Assembly (NCBI GenBank): GCA_977020255.1
Contig: CDROCS010005394.1
Span: 62,001 to 126,000 of the forward strand
Length of the DNA: 64,000 nucleotides
Reading direction: 5' to 3'
Origin: Obrimoposthia wandeli
Taxonomy: Eukaryota
In this document: positions 38,152 to 48,308 of the stretch, piece after piece
How positions within the stretch are numbered: position 1 is the stretch's first letter
Layout: every line of letters begins with the position of its first letter
Program-made: the position numbers and the translations under genes
The notes under the pieces: model-generated
The model's database searches: none
What the model saw: the letters and a program-made list of their open reading frames with translations, nothing else
What the model was told of the DNA's origin: nothing

Positions 38152-39905
38152 AGGCAAAACACACACATCGCCGCGATTCTAAGTTCTCACCAATAGCGAG
38201 TATTATCGTCCTTGCAGGCTTATTATTTACGCTTAGTTTTCAGGCCAATGCGGCATTAAAAATGATAGCGTCGGTCAATCAAAACCCTATCATACAAGGC
38301 AGCAGCTTCATTCTTGAGATCCGTGCGAATGAAAGTATCAGTGCCAGCGATTGGGACAGTTCTGCACTGCTGGCTGATTTTGTGGTGGGTAGAACATCGA
38401 CAAACAGTCAAACGTCTTATATCAATGGTAAAAAATCCCATATAACGACATTCACAACGGTACTAATGGCACGCAGTATTGGCAGTTATACCATCCCAGC
38501 ATTTACCATTGATGACGCGACAACCAAGCCAATTAACCTAAACGTCATTTCATCATCGACCGCGAGTAGCCGTGGTCTTAATAACCGTAATGTTGAATTA
38601 AAAGCGAATGTCGCGGATACCGCCATCTATGTCGGTCAGCAATTTATCTATACCACAACCTTGTACATAGCCCAGACCACCGAGATGCAAGCCGGTAATA
38701 TCACCGAGCCAGAAGTGGCTGATGGCACAGTGAAGCAAATAGGCAAAGATGAAAATGGCAGTAAAGTTATTAACGGTCGCCGTTATCAAACCATCACGCG
38801 TCAATTCGCGATCACCATCAATACCGCAGGAACAAACGCAATTACACCAAGTCGGTTTGAAGGTCAGGTAAGCACCGCCAAACGCGGTTATCGCTCAGGA
38901 CCGGTTACCCCAGTCATTATCCAAGCAGACTCGTTAAATTTAAATATTCAGGCACAACCCAGTACTTATAAAGGTGAATGGTTAGTCAGTGACTTTGTTC
39001 AGCTAAACGAAGAGTTACAACCCTTACAAAGTACTTATCAACAAGGTGACCCCATCACTCGCACCATTACATTAACCGTTGCGAACGTCCATAAATCAGC
39101 CTTACCCGATTTGGCGATGACTTGGCCTAAAACAGTCAAGATCTACCCTGATAAGCCACAGTTGACGAGTTTTGCACAACAAGGTAATTATTTCGCGCAA
39201 CAAGTACTTAGCTTTGCCATCATACCCAATCAAGTCGGTGAACTGATATTACCCGCGGTATCTGTACCTTGGTTTAATAACAAAAGCCAACAACAAGAGT
39301 GGGCGACACTACCCGCTAAAACGGTCACTATCGTCGCAAGTGAAAATAGTAGCGCTTTTGTCAGTAAACCCAACAACCAAGATGATCAAACAAGCTCAAC
39401 CCCTAACAAGGACAGTAACAGTGACAAGTCTAATATACAAACACCGCCAACAGCAGCAACTGAATCTCCGATATGGCGTTGGTTAACCTTTCTCTTTGCT
39501 GGATTGTGGTTATTAACCTGCGTTGCTTGGTTGATGTTACGTAAAGGTCATCAACAAACAGTTAACCCACAAGTAACTAACAGCGCTAAATCAGATAATA
39601 TCTGGCCACTATTAGAAACGGCGCTGAAAAACAATGATGCACAACAAAGCAGTCCGCTATTGCATGCTTGGTTTAAACAACACTGGCCCGAGATCAAAGA
39701 TCAGCACCTAGCGTCACTGCCGATGAGTCAAGAATGTCTGCAAGCTTGTCAGGATCTATTAACCTTTAGCTATGCTAAAAAGACAGCGTCAACAACTTGG
39801 AATGGGCAAGCATTGTTGGTTCAACTGACCAAACTACGACGCTCAAAACAAGTCACAACAAAATCGCAACAAGCCAATATAAAATCGCAACTTAATCCAC
39901 AGTAG
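38145..39905 (+). CDS. BatD-like protein
   Basis: Signal region, Ig-like repeats (IYVGQQFIY, QQGDPITRTITL, VPWFNNK), a late TM helix; last gene of the bat operon. Confidence 0.88.
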   Translation: MVKAKHTHRRDSKFSPIASIIVLAGLLFTLSFQANAALKMIASVNQNPIIQGSSFILEIRANESISASDWDSSALLADFVVGRTSTNSQTSYINGKKSHITTFTTVLMARSIGSYTIPAFTIDDATTKPINLNVISSSTASSRGLNNRNVELKANVADTAIYVGQQFIYTTTLYIAQTTEMQAGNITEPEVADGTVKQIGKDENGSKVINGRRYQTITRQFAITINTAGTNAITPSRFEGQVSTAKRGYRSGPVTPVIIQADSLNLNIQAQPSTYKGEWLVSDFVQLNEELQPLQSTYQQGDPITRTITLTVANVHKSALPDLAMTWPKTVKIYPDKPQLTSFAQQGNYFAQQVLSFAIIPNQVGELILPAVSVPWFNNKSQQQEWATLPAKTVTIVASENSSAFVSKPNNQDDQTSSTPNKDSNSDKSNIQTPPTAATESPIWRWLTFLFAGLWLLTCVAWLMLRKGHQQTVNPQVTNSAKSDNIWPLLETALKNNDAQQSSPLLHAWFKQHWPEIKDQHLASLPMSQECLQACQDLLTFSYAKKTASTTWNGQALLVQLTKLRRSKQVTTKSQQANIKSQLNPQ

Positions 39906-40233
39906 CAACCCCATAATCTCTCGAAATGGCGTCAAAAAAGACGCCTACTTCGTTTGTGAAAATAACAACACGCCCAAAATGTTCGAATTCGAGCATTAAA
40001 AGGCCAATAACAAATGCTCGAACATTAAACAACCTCTCTCGAATATGAAAATGAAACATTCATATGAGCAATTAGGCCTTTCACCTGAAAGCTGAGTTGC
40101 ATTAACTGAAAGTTAACAAGTGAATCTACAAATTACATACATTTATCTATTACCCGCACTAGATATCCCCCTTAAAAAAGCGCAAACTAGATCCAGTTAT
40201 CGGATTTAATTATTGCTTTATTAGGGAATTGGA

Positions 40234-41244
40234 ATGTCTATACATAAAACACTTGGTGAGTTCATCGTTGAGAATCAATCTGATTTTCCTCATGCAAAAG
40301 GTGAGTTAACAGCATTATTAAGTTCAATCAAACTTGCAGCTAAAATTGTAAACCGCGAAATCAACAAAGCTGGTCTAGTTGATATTACCGGTGCAAGTGG
40401 CATTGAAAACATCCAAGGCGAAGAACAGCAAAAACTCGATATGTACGCAAACGAAGTATTTAAAAATGCTTTAATGGCACGTGGTGAAGTTTGTGGTATT
40501 GCTTCTGAAGAAGAAGATCATTATGTATTTTTCGACAATCAAAACAGCCGTAATGCTAACTATGTAGTATTAATGGATCCCCTAGACGGTTCATCAAACA
40601 TCGATGTTAACGTTTCTGTTGGTACAATTTTCTCTATCTACCGTCGTATATCTCCAGTTGGCGGTCCTGTATCAATGGATGACTTCTTACAAGTTGGCCG
40701 TAAACAAGTTGCCGCTGGTTATGTTGTATATGGTTCATCAACTATGCTGGTATTTACGACTGGTAACGGTGTTCATGGTTTCACTTACGACCCATCAATC
40801 GGTGTGTTCTGCTTATCTCACGAAGCAATGACCTTCCCTAAATCAGGTAAAATCTACTCGATTAATGAAGGTAACTACAGCAAATTCCCAATGGGTGTTA
40901 AAAAATACATTAAGTATTGCCAGGAAGAAGATGATTCGACGAACCGCCCTTACACGTCACGTTACATCGGTTCTTTAGTATCAGACTTCCACCGTAACTT
41001 GCTTAAAGGTGGCATCTACATTTACCCACAAACAGCACAAGCACCAACGGGTAAACTGCGCTTATTATACGAGTGCAACCCAATGGCTTTCCTTGCTGAA
41101 CAAGCTGGTGCATTAGCGACTGATGGTTACACACCAATCCTAGATCTAAAACCAAAAGAATTGCATCAACGCGTGCCTTTCTTCACCGGTTCTGTAGACA
41201 TGATGGATACTGCACATCAGTTTATGGCTGAATTTAAAGAATAA
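40234..41244 (+). CDS. fbp: Class 1 fructose-1,6-bisphosphatase
   Basis: [47 protein letters not shown] and [10 protein letters not shown]. Confidence 0.97.
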   Translation: MSIHKTLGEFIVENQSDFPHAKGELTALLSSIKLAAKIVNREINKAGLVDITGASGIENIQGEEQQKLDMYANEVFKNALMARGEVCGIASEEEDHYVFFDNQNSRNANYVVLMDPLDGSSNIDVNVSVGTIFSIYRRISPVGGPVSMDDFLQVGRKQVAAGYVVYGSSTMLVFTTGNGVHGFTYDPSIGVFCLSHEAMTFPKSGKIYSINEGNYSKFPMGVKKYIKYCQEEDDSTNRPYTSRYIGSLVSDFHRNLLKGGIYIYPQTAQAPTGKLRLLYECNPMAFLAEQAGALATDGYTPILDLKPKELHQRVPFFTGSVDMMDTAHQFMAEFKE

Positions 41245-41294
41245 AGAGAAAGAGAAAGAAGAAGCGTACATAATCTCGCTTTAAATAATGCTTT

Positions 41295-41339
41295 AAGCCA
41301 CGTCATCCTCTACATAGAGAAGATGACGTGGCTTTTTTT
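41295..41339 (+). terminator. Intrinsic terminator after fbp
   Basis: AAGCCACGTCATC...GATGACGTGGCTT followed by a T tract. Confidence 0.85.
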
Positions 41340-41434
41340 GTTGTAAGGGTTTGTATGCATTATAAACAACAAGATAATAAAACGTGACAGACGTGACACT
41401 TAGTGAAAAATAGTCTCAAAAAAGATTGACACAG

Positions 41435-41456
41435 TTATTTGATACAGATCACAAAT
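41435..41456. promoter_or_regulatory. CRP-like site upstream of the first fadL
   Basis: TTTGA-TACAGA-TCACA, 9/10 match to TGTGA-N6-TCACA. Confidence 0.55.
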
Positions 41457-41701
41457 TTAAACATAAACTTTGACTTAGCAAGTATCAGAATAAGTACTCT
41501 AATTAAAATTGAATTGATAACATTTTAATAACAACACATGTACGCTGAAATAAATCTATAATTATCAGCACCTTAACAAAAAACTGCTCGTAACTATTTT
41601 TTCCTTTAAACGTCAAGTCTTAATAATTAAACATTACACCCTGTAATTATTGTTAATTACAAAGCATGAACAAGCAGTTACTATTTACTCATACTATCGA
41701 C

Positions 41702-41718
41702 AACTGGTCTGACCTGAC
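41702..41718. promoter_or_regulatory. FadR operator upstream of the first fadL
   Basis: AACTGGTCTGACCTGAC versus consensus AACTGGTCNGACCAGTT. Confidence 0.75.
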
Positions 41719-41816
41719 TTCTTCGCGGTAAACAAAAGGAACTTTGTTTTCCAGTCAGAGCACAGCACTAGTAGCGAGTTAAACAAAATAAAACTTATAA
41801 AAATGAGTAATTAACT

Positions 41817-43107
41817 ATGTCTAAATTTCAAAAAACAACGCTTGCTACTGCCCTACTGCTGGTAACTGCACAATCTTCTGCTGCTGGTTTCCAAGTAAGC
41901 GAACATTCAGCATCTGGTCTTGGACGAGCTTTTGCTGGTGAAGCAGCCGTTGCTGATAATGCTGCGGTAATTGCACGCAACCCTGCAGCTATGTCTCTTT
42001 TCGATAAAGCTGAAATTTCAATTGTTGGCTCTTACATTGTACCAAGCGCAGACATTGAAGGGGTAAATGACCCTATTTTAAACAATCCTTCACGCCTAGA
42101 TTCAAACGACGTCATTAATGATGCTTTTGTTCCTGCAATGTATTATGTTCAACCAATCAATGAAAAAGTGGCCGTAGGTCTAGCTATGTTTTCAGGCTAC
42201 GGTATGGTTTCCGAGCATGAAGATGACCACGCTGTAGGCTTTGCGGCTGGTACAACGGATCTTCTCACGTTCAATATCAACCCAAGTATGTCTTTTAAGG
42301 CCACTGATGAGCTAAGTTTAGGTTTAGGTGTTAACGCTGTATACGCGACAGCCACTCTGAAACGTAATAAAGGTGATTTAGCTATACTTCCGCCAGCTGA
42401 TGGAGGCCTTGGTGGTTCCGCTAGCGATCAATTGTTCTTATTGGAAGGTGATGCTTGGGGTTACGGCTGGAACGTTGGTGCACTGTATGAATACAGAGCG
42501 AAACGAAAGATCATCGCTTTAGGCTTGCTTATCACGTTCACAGTTCAGAGACCTGTTTTCTGAAGTGAGTTTTCAAATCAATAAGTATAATCCAGATGGT
42601 TCAACTGCCGTTAATACAAGCAATGCATCATTAGAATTACCGTTAGCTGCAACAGCTGAATTCTCTGCTTACCATAAACTAACTGATGCATTTGCTATTT
42701 CGTACGGTGTTGTGTGGACTCAATGGAGTTCATTTAGTGAACTTAAAGCAACGAGTAGTGACTGTGCTGACGGTGTTTGCTTCTTGAAAGAAGAAGAGTT
42801 TGAAGATAACTATCGCTACTCAATTGGTGCTGAATACACGATTGATCAGATAGTGTTACGAGCTGGTTTTGCTTATGATGAAGCTGCAGGTGAAACAACC
42901 TTAAATATTCCAGAAACAAATCGTCGCTGGTATACAGCAGGTGCTACTTATAACGTAGATCAAGACCTATCATTTGATTTTGGTGCTGCTTACATCGCTT
43001 CTGATGATGTTGAGTTTACAGAAACAGACCAAGCTGGAAGTACTTACGGTCTCAAATCTGAAGGTGATGCAATAATCGTTTCAGCACAAGCAAACTACCG
43101 TTTCTAA
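41817..43107 (+). pseudogene. fadL: FadL-family outer-membrane transporter 1, split by indels near 42490-42570
   Basis: Canonical hatch AGFQVSEHSASGLGRAFAG and C-terminal SAQANYRF. ORFs 41817..42563 and 42565..43107 are in different frames; span 1291 nt (430 codons + 1). Confidence 0.8.
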
Positions 43108-43147
43108 AACTGTTTAGATAAGTAATATAAATATCTAAATACAGTAA

Positions 43148-43180
43148 TAAAATAGCGCCTTAAGGCGCTATTTTTATTTT
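43148..43180 (+). terminator. Intrinsic terminator after the first fadL
   Basis: AAAATAGCGCC-TTAA-GGCGCTATTTTTATTTT. Confidence 0.8.
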
Positions 43181-43221
43181 CGACTAACCTTAAAATAGAG
43201 CATTATTTTAAGGGAATAAAT

Positions 43222-44517
43222 ATGAGTCAACGTTGTATCCGTGATTCGACTGTCGTCTACCTAAGTGCGCTTCTGAGTCTCTTCACCTGCTACAGTCCGT
43301 TAACTTACGCAGCAGCCTACCAATCTTCTACAACCTCAGCCATCGAACTCGGTAACGCAGGTGCTGGCGGCGCAGCAGACACAACGAACCTCGCAAATAT
43401 CGCCATCAATCCAGCGATCACCGCAGCATTTGAACATCCGGTATCGCAAATGCGATATCTTTGTTAAATCAGAAGGGACGTGTGGGGGAGTATTATTCCG
43501 ATGGCGCATCGACGCGCATTAAGGCGTAACTCGAATATTGGCGATAACTACGTCGTCCCATCAGCCTATTTCGCCTTTCCGATTAATGAAAAGTGGTCAT
43601 TTGGTTTTGCTACCTTCTCAAATTATAACGTACGTAATAATTATGATACGGCATACCCCGCCGGGATCGTCACCGGACAACGTTCTTTGTTCACTTATGA
43701 AATAAACCCAAATGCCGCAGTCAAACTAACAGACAAACTTTATCTCGGCTTTGGCGTTAGTGCCATCCATGGTAATTATAAACTAGCAACAAATTATGGC
43801 GCACAAAACCCCACTAACCCGAGTCAAATATATCAAGACTTCAGTGGCACAGGCCTGGGCTTTCGGTATGATATTGGTGCACTCTATAAAATAAATAAAG
43901 ACCATCAGTTCGGATTATCTTATCGATCAGCAACGGAAATTGAAACCGAAGGCGATTTCACTACCCTTGCAAGGAATAATGACCTCGTCTTTCAAGATAC
44001 CACCACGCTGTCCATGGCAGTGCCAAGTGAAACAACCTTATCAGGTTTTCACCAACTTGATCCTAGATTGGCAATACAATATTCGCTCGCTTGGTATGGT
44101 TGGGAGAATCTAGATTACATTTCAGTCTCACATGCAGGCTGCCCCGCGAACCCCAACTTTGATTTACCGCAAGGACAGTGTTTAATTGAATCTGTAAATG
44201 CAGAAGATAGCTGGAAAATAGCACTTGCAGTAAGCTATAAATTAAACGATGTCATTTTACTGCGCAGTGGAGCGTCAACAGAAAAAGCAACTGAAAGCGC
44301 AACCTTCTCGATCCCCTTTGATAAAAAAACCAACTTCAGTGTTGGGTTAACTTATTTTGCCAGTCGGTCATTAAGCTTCGACATGGGCCTTACTTATGCG
44401 AGATACGAAACCAGCCGGATTAAAGATACGATAGGCCTTGATGACTTCGATATAAGTACCAAGGGCAATAGCACTATGCTTGGATTACAGTTAAATTATC
44501 AATTGATTGATAAGTGA
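43222..44517 (+). pseudogene. fadL: Divergent FadL-family transporter 2 with an in-frame TAA at 43465-43467
   Basis: ORFs 43222..43467 and 43480..44517 are in the same frame and together span 432 codons; FadL motifs NPA, VVPSAYFAFPINEKWSFG and YEINPN. Confidence 0.75.
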
Positions 44518-44854
44518 ATAAGTAAATAAACTGGGGTTAATAGAGTATTAGCTCTTAATAATTCTGCCTTGAAATACAGTTAATACTATTATCACTAAAA
44601 CACATTAGATTAGATTAGTACTTAAAAACCATTTAAAACAAAGCTACTTAACAATAGTGAATACTAACTTCAAACGCACATTCTAATTTGAATAGTGTTA
44701 CTAATAACATGCCTCTTGTCCTCACATAAACATCTCGATAAATCCCTATAATAAGTCCAACTCAGGTAGCAGCGTGCGAAAACACGTTCGAGTAAAACTG
44801 TAATTAACATGGATGTATTTACATTACATTATTAATACTAGACAGGGATTAGTC

Positions 44855-46357
44855 ATGAAAAAAACCTATTCGTTCAAACAAAATGTGTTCAAAAAAAGTG
44901 TCATATCTAAATCAATAGCGACAGCGTTTATCACCGCAACGATTATGGCCAGCGCTCAAGTATCAGCAGCAGGCTTTCAAGTTAATGTTCAATCGGCATC
45001 GGCACTGGGTAATGCTAATGCAGGTTTTGCCGCCAATACTGATAACGCAGCAGTGATAGCAACCAACCCTGCTGCAGCGGCATCGTTTGACAAATTTGCC
45101 TTTTCATTTGGCGGTGCTTATGTAGAGCCAACAGTTGAGACCACAGGAAACAATGCACCACTTGATCCTTATTATGCAGGTTTTAATAACGGATTTGGAA
45201 CTAATTACAGTGGACCAACTGAGTCTGATTACGACGTAGAGAACTCAGTTAACACTGCGACAATTCCTTCTGTTTATGCTGTTATACCTGTTGGTAGCAA
45301 ACTTGCTATTGGTTTAGCTGGTTATACTAATTATGGTACTAATACTGAATTTCCTGATGATTATGCAGCAGGCTTACTGGGTGGTTCAACTCAATTAACG
45401 ACATTCAATTTAAACCCGAGTTTAGCATTGAAACTCGGTTCTAAATTACGTCTCGGCGTTGGTGCCCAAATCGTTTACGGCTCTGCAGAACTAGAGCGTA
45501 ACCTTGGTGATGGTGCAGCCTTAGGGACAATGGATGGTATTAAATCCGCAGTAGAAGCTAATGCGACAGCAGCAGCGGCTCAAGTAGCGAATAATGGTGG
45601 TGATGCAGCGGCACAAGCAGCGGCTGCTAATGCTGCTGCAGCGGCAACAGCTACTGCAGCGCTTACAGACCCAACGAACAACGCTGTACTATCTGGCGGA
45701 GGCCATGGAACTCAAGCATTCATCATGGAAGGTGATGACATCGGTTTTGGTTGGAATGCAGGTGTATTACTTGATCTAAGTGATAACCATAAAATTGGCG
45801 TTAGTTACCGTTCAGAAGTCGAACTTACATTTGAAGGCGACTATTCAAACTATTTAGGTCACAACAAAACGGGTCAGTTAGACTTATCACTACCTGCCAT
45901 TGCTGAATTAGGTGGCTTCCACCGTTTTGGTAATCTAGCTCTGCAATACGGCGTAGTTTGGACTGAATGGAGCAGTTTTGATGGTCTTAAAGGTGTTGAT
46001 GCTGCAGATACTACCGATGTTTTATTCGAAAAGGCTTATAACTATGAAGACAACATTCGCTACTCAGCGGGTCTATCGTATTATTTAGGCGACAAGGTTA
46101 TCTTACGTGCTGGTTATGCATTAGATGAGTCAGCTGGTGACACTACGATCAGTATTCCAGATTCAGAACGCCAGTGGTATACAGCGGGTCTAACATTTAA
46201 CATAAGTAAAACACTGTCAATTGATCTAGCCGCTGCCTACATTGTTGGTGAAGAAACGTCATTCACTGAAACTGATTCAATTACAGGCTTAACGTATGCC
46301 TTCACGAATACAGCGGAAGCTATCGTCGGGTCTGCTCAGGTTAATTTAGTATTCTAA
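44855..46357 (+). CDS. fadL: FadL-family outer-membrane transporter 3, intact, with Ala-rich insertion
   Basis: AAGFQVNVQSASALGNANAG hatch, NPAAA, TFNLNPS and C-terminal SAQVNLVF. Start 44855 after AGGGA (ORF track start 44813). Confidence 0.9.
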   Translation: MKKTYSFKQNVFKKSVISKSIATAFITATIMASAQVSAAGFQVNVQSASALGNANAGFAANTDNAAVIATNPAAAASFDKFAFSFGGAYVEPTVETTGNNAPLDPYYAGFNNGFGTNYSGPTESDYDVENSVNTATIPSVYAVIPVGSKLAIGLAGYTNYGTNTEFPDDYAAGLLGGSTQLTTFNLNPSLALKLGSKLRLGVGAQIVYGSAELERNLGDGAALGTMDGIKSAVEANATAAAAQVANNGGDAAAQAAAANAAAAATATAALTDPTNNAVLSGGGHGTQAFIMEGDDIGFGWNAGVLLDLSDNHKIGVSYRSEVELTFEGDYSNYLGHNKTGQLDLSLPAIAELGGFHRFGNLALQYGVVWTEWSSFDGLKGVDAADTTDVLFEKAYNYEDNIRYSAGLSYYLGDKVILRAGYALDESAGDTTISIPDSERQWYTAGLTFNISKTLSIDLAAAYIVGEETSFTETDSITGLTYAFTNTAEAIVGSAQVNLVF

Positions 46358-46426
46358 GACCGCTTTGAGCTTATAAGATAACTGACTGTTCATAAAAATA
46401 ATAATTTAGATCACGATTGATAATAA

Positions 46427-46462
46427 CGAATTAGCTCTGGCTGCAGAGTCAGTGCTAATTCG
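46427..46462. terminator. Probable terminator hairpin between convergent fadL3 and the phosphatase gene
   Basis: CGAATTAGCTCTGGCT..AGTCAGTGCTAATTCG imperfect inverted repeat. Confidence 0.5.
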
Positions 46463-46473
46463 ATAATATCTGC

Positions 46474-47055
46474 TTATAACGGGATGTTAAGCTCGCCAAT
46501 AGACCAGCGGCCTTGATCAAAACAAAAATGCTGCGCACAATGAAAATCAATTTTATGCAGAGGCTTAGCTAGCATATCCCAATCTGTAGCGCAGGCATAA
46601 ATAGCTCGGATAATGCCTTTATGGCAAACACAACCCATACGCTTCACGGTATTGTCATTATCCAACGAGCCTAGCCAATCGCTGACACGTTCAGCAACCA
46701 ATCGAGGAGATTCTCCCCCAACTGGCCTTAAGTCTAAGCCTAACGCTTCTTGTTTTGCAACATTAATTGAGTCTTGCGCTCTTAATTGCGCCAATGTTTT
46801 ACCCTCCCATTCCCCCCAATTCATTTCTATCAACGCAGTTTCAGACTGTGAGTCTACGCCAAGTAATTCCGCAGTTTGTTGGGCTCTTAATAGTGGACTA
46901 TGAAACCACAATAACGATAACAAGGATGACGGTAATTGATAGGCACTGATTTGTTGTCTGCCAGCTTCATTCAATGGTATATCAGTACGACCTTGAAAAC
47001 GTTTTTCACAGTTCCATTGGGTTTGCCCATGGCGAATAAAATATACGTTGATCAT
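46474..47055 (-). CDS. Histidine phosphatase (phosphoglycerate-mutase-like family)
   Basis: FIRHGQT, QGRTDIPLN, SPLLRAQQTA, EMNWGEWEG and CHKG. Confidence 0.92.
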   Translation of the reverse strand: MINVYFIRHGQTQWNCEKRFQGRTDIPLNEAGRQQISAYQLPSSLLSLLWFHSPLLRAQQTAELLGVDSQSETALIEMNWGEWEGKTLAQLRAQDSINVAKQEALGLDLRPVGGESPRLVAERVSDWLGSLDNDNTVKRMGCVCHKGIIRAIYACATDWDMLAKPLHKIDFHCAQHFCFDQGRWSIGELNIPL

Positions 47056-48308
47056 AACGACTCCGTTTTATTTGCTATAGCGTCTTGGATAATATGATAA
47101 AGCTGCAGCGCGCTGGCCTCAATGGAGTGATGCAGGCTAACGTAATGGCTTGCCGCTTGTTGCATCATATTTAATTGTACAGGTTTTCCAAGTAAAGCAT
47201 CAATGGTTTCAGACATGTCCTTGGCGTTATAGGCATCTACCAAAAGCCCTGTGACGTTATCTTTGACAATTGAACTAACACCCCCCTGATTACCTGCAAC
47301 AACGGCGACACCAGATTGCTGCGCTTCTAAGAAGATCATGCCAAGGGCTTCATTAATCGCCGGCCAAACCAGCAACTCAAAATGTGATAATAGTTGCCGT
47401 ATCTGGTTATTTTCCAGCGCGCCAGCAAATTTAACCTGCTGGTACGGCGTAAAAAGAACACTAACTTGTGCTTGCATCTCACCATCACCAACAATCAATA
47501 ACTGGTAAGGCTGTTGTAACAATTCAACGACCCGGCTTAGCTGCTGATAGGAAGCGAACTTATCTCCTCTGCGCATCATGGCAATAGTGATAAGCCAAGG
47601 TAACTTGATGTCTAAACCATATTTATCCGCTAAATCTTGCCTCGTTAAATTAAAAGGCATTAACTTATTTGTTGTCGCAGTAGTATTCTGATTAGCAAGC
47701 AGATCATCATTATTAACAGGTAAATCATCAATAAAAGCATTTAGGGTAACAAGCGGTGAAGCAGACTTTGACAGTCTATCAGCATAGAAGTCGGTCAGCG
47801 CAATTTTGTCCCTTGGGTTAATGCATACAACGGTGTTCGCCAGCTTCAAGCCTCTGGCCACTTGTTGGTGATATAAGGTCCAAGGACCATCTGCACGTTT
47901 TTCAGCCCATGAAGCTTCAGCGACAATGTAAGGGATATTGAGACTTTGGCAAATAATAGGACCAATTAAATCTGGTGCTTTGTAATATAAATGATAAGTA
48001 AACCAGGCTTGTGGGGCAAAGTTTTGTTGCTGCCAGCGTCGCATTACTCTATTTGCTTCTTTTTTAGCAAGGTCAATAAGGCGTTGCTGGCGATATCTGT
48101 CACCCACTTTATCAAAAGAGCGCAACTGACTAGCTAGGTCAACATGAAAACCGGCCTGCTCTAATGCTTTAATAAATAAACGCGCGATCTTGCGATCACC
48201 CGATGGGTTTGGGTGTGAGGGTGATTTAAGCGGCGCATAAAATGCGACGCCTGTTTTTACACTTTTATTAAGACCTGCTCTAGCGGCTGTATTAGCCACA
48301 ATGATCAA
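47052..48308 (-). CDS. Glycosyltransferase family 4
   Basis: LLIVGDG, FAGAL and EALGMIFLEAQ (EX7E) with VVAGNQGG. Confidence 0.9.
   Translation of the reverse strand: MIIVANTAARAGLNKSVKTGVAFYAPLKSPSHPNPSGDRKIARLFIKALEQAGFHVDLASQLRSFDKVGDRYRQQRLIDLAKKEANRVMRRWQQQNFAPQAWFTYHLYYKAPDLIGPIICQSLNIPYIVAEASWAEKRADGPWTLYHQQVARGLKLANTVVCINPRDKIALTDFYADRLSKSASPLVTLNAFIDDLPVNNDDLLANQNTTATTNKLMPFNLTRQDLADKYGLDIKLPWLITIAMMRRGDKFASYQQLSRVVELLQQPYQLLIVGDGEMQAQVSVLFTPYQQVKFAGALENNQIRQLLSHFELLVWPAINEALGMIFLEAQQSGVAVVAGNQGGVSSIVKDNVTGLLVDAYNAKDMSETIDALLGKPVQLNMMQQAASHYVSLHHSIEASALQLYHIIQDAIANKTESL

Noticed and set aside
41642-41661. TGTAATTA-TTGT-TAATTACA palindrome upstream of fadL1
   Set aside because: Real inverted repeat, but very AT-rich and its spacing matches no operator I can name with confidence.
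42520-43530. Programmed frameshift, phase variation or stop readthrough in fadL1/fadL2
   Set aside because: No slippery heptamer or long homopolymer at the breaks, and the fadL2 stop is TAA within a locally scrambled patch.
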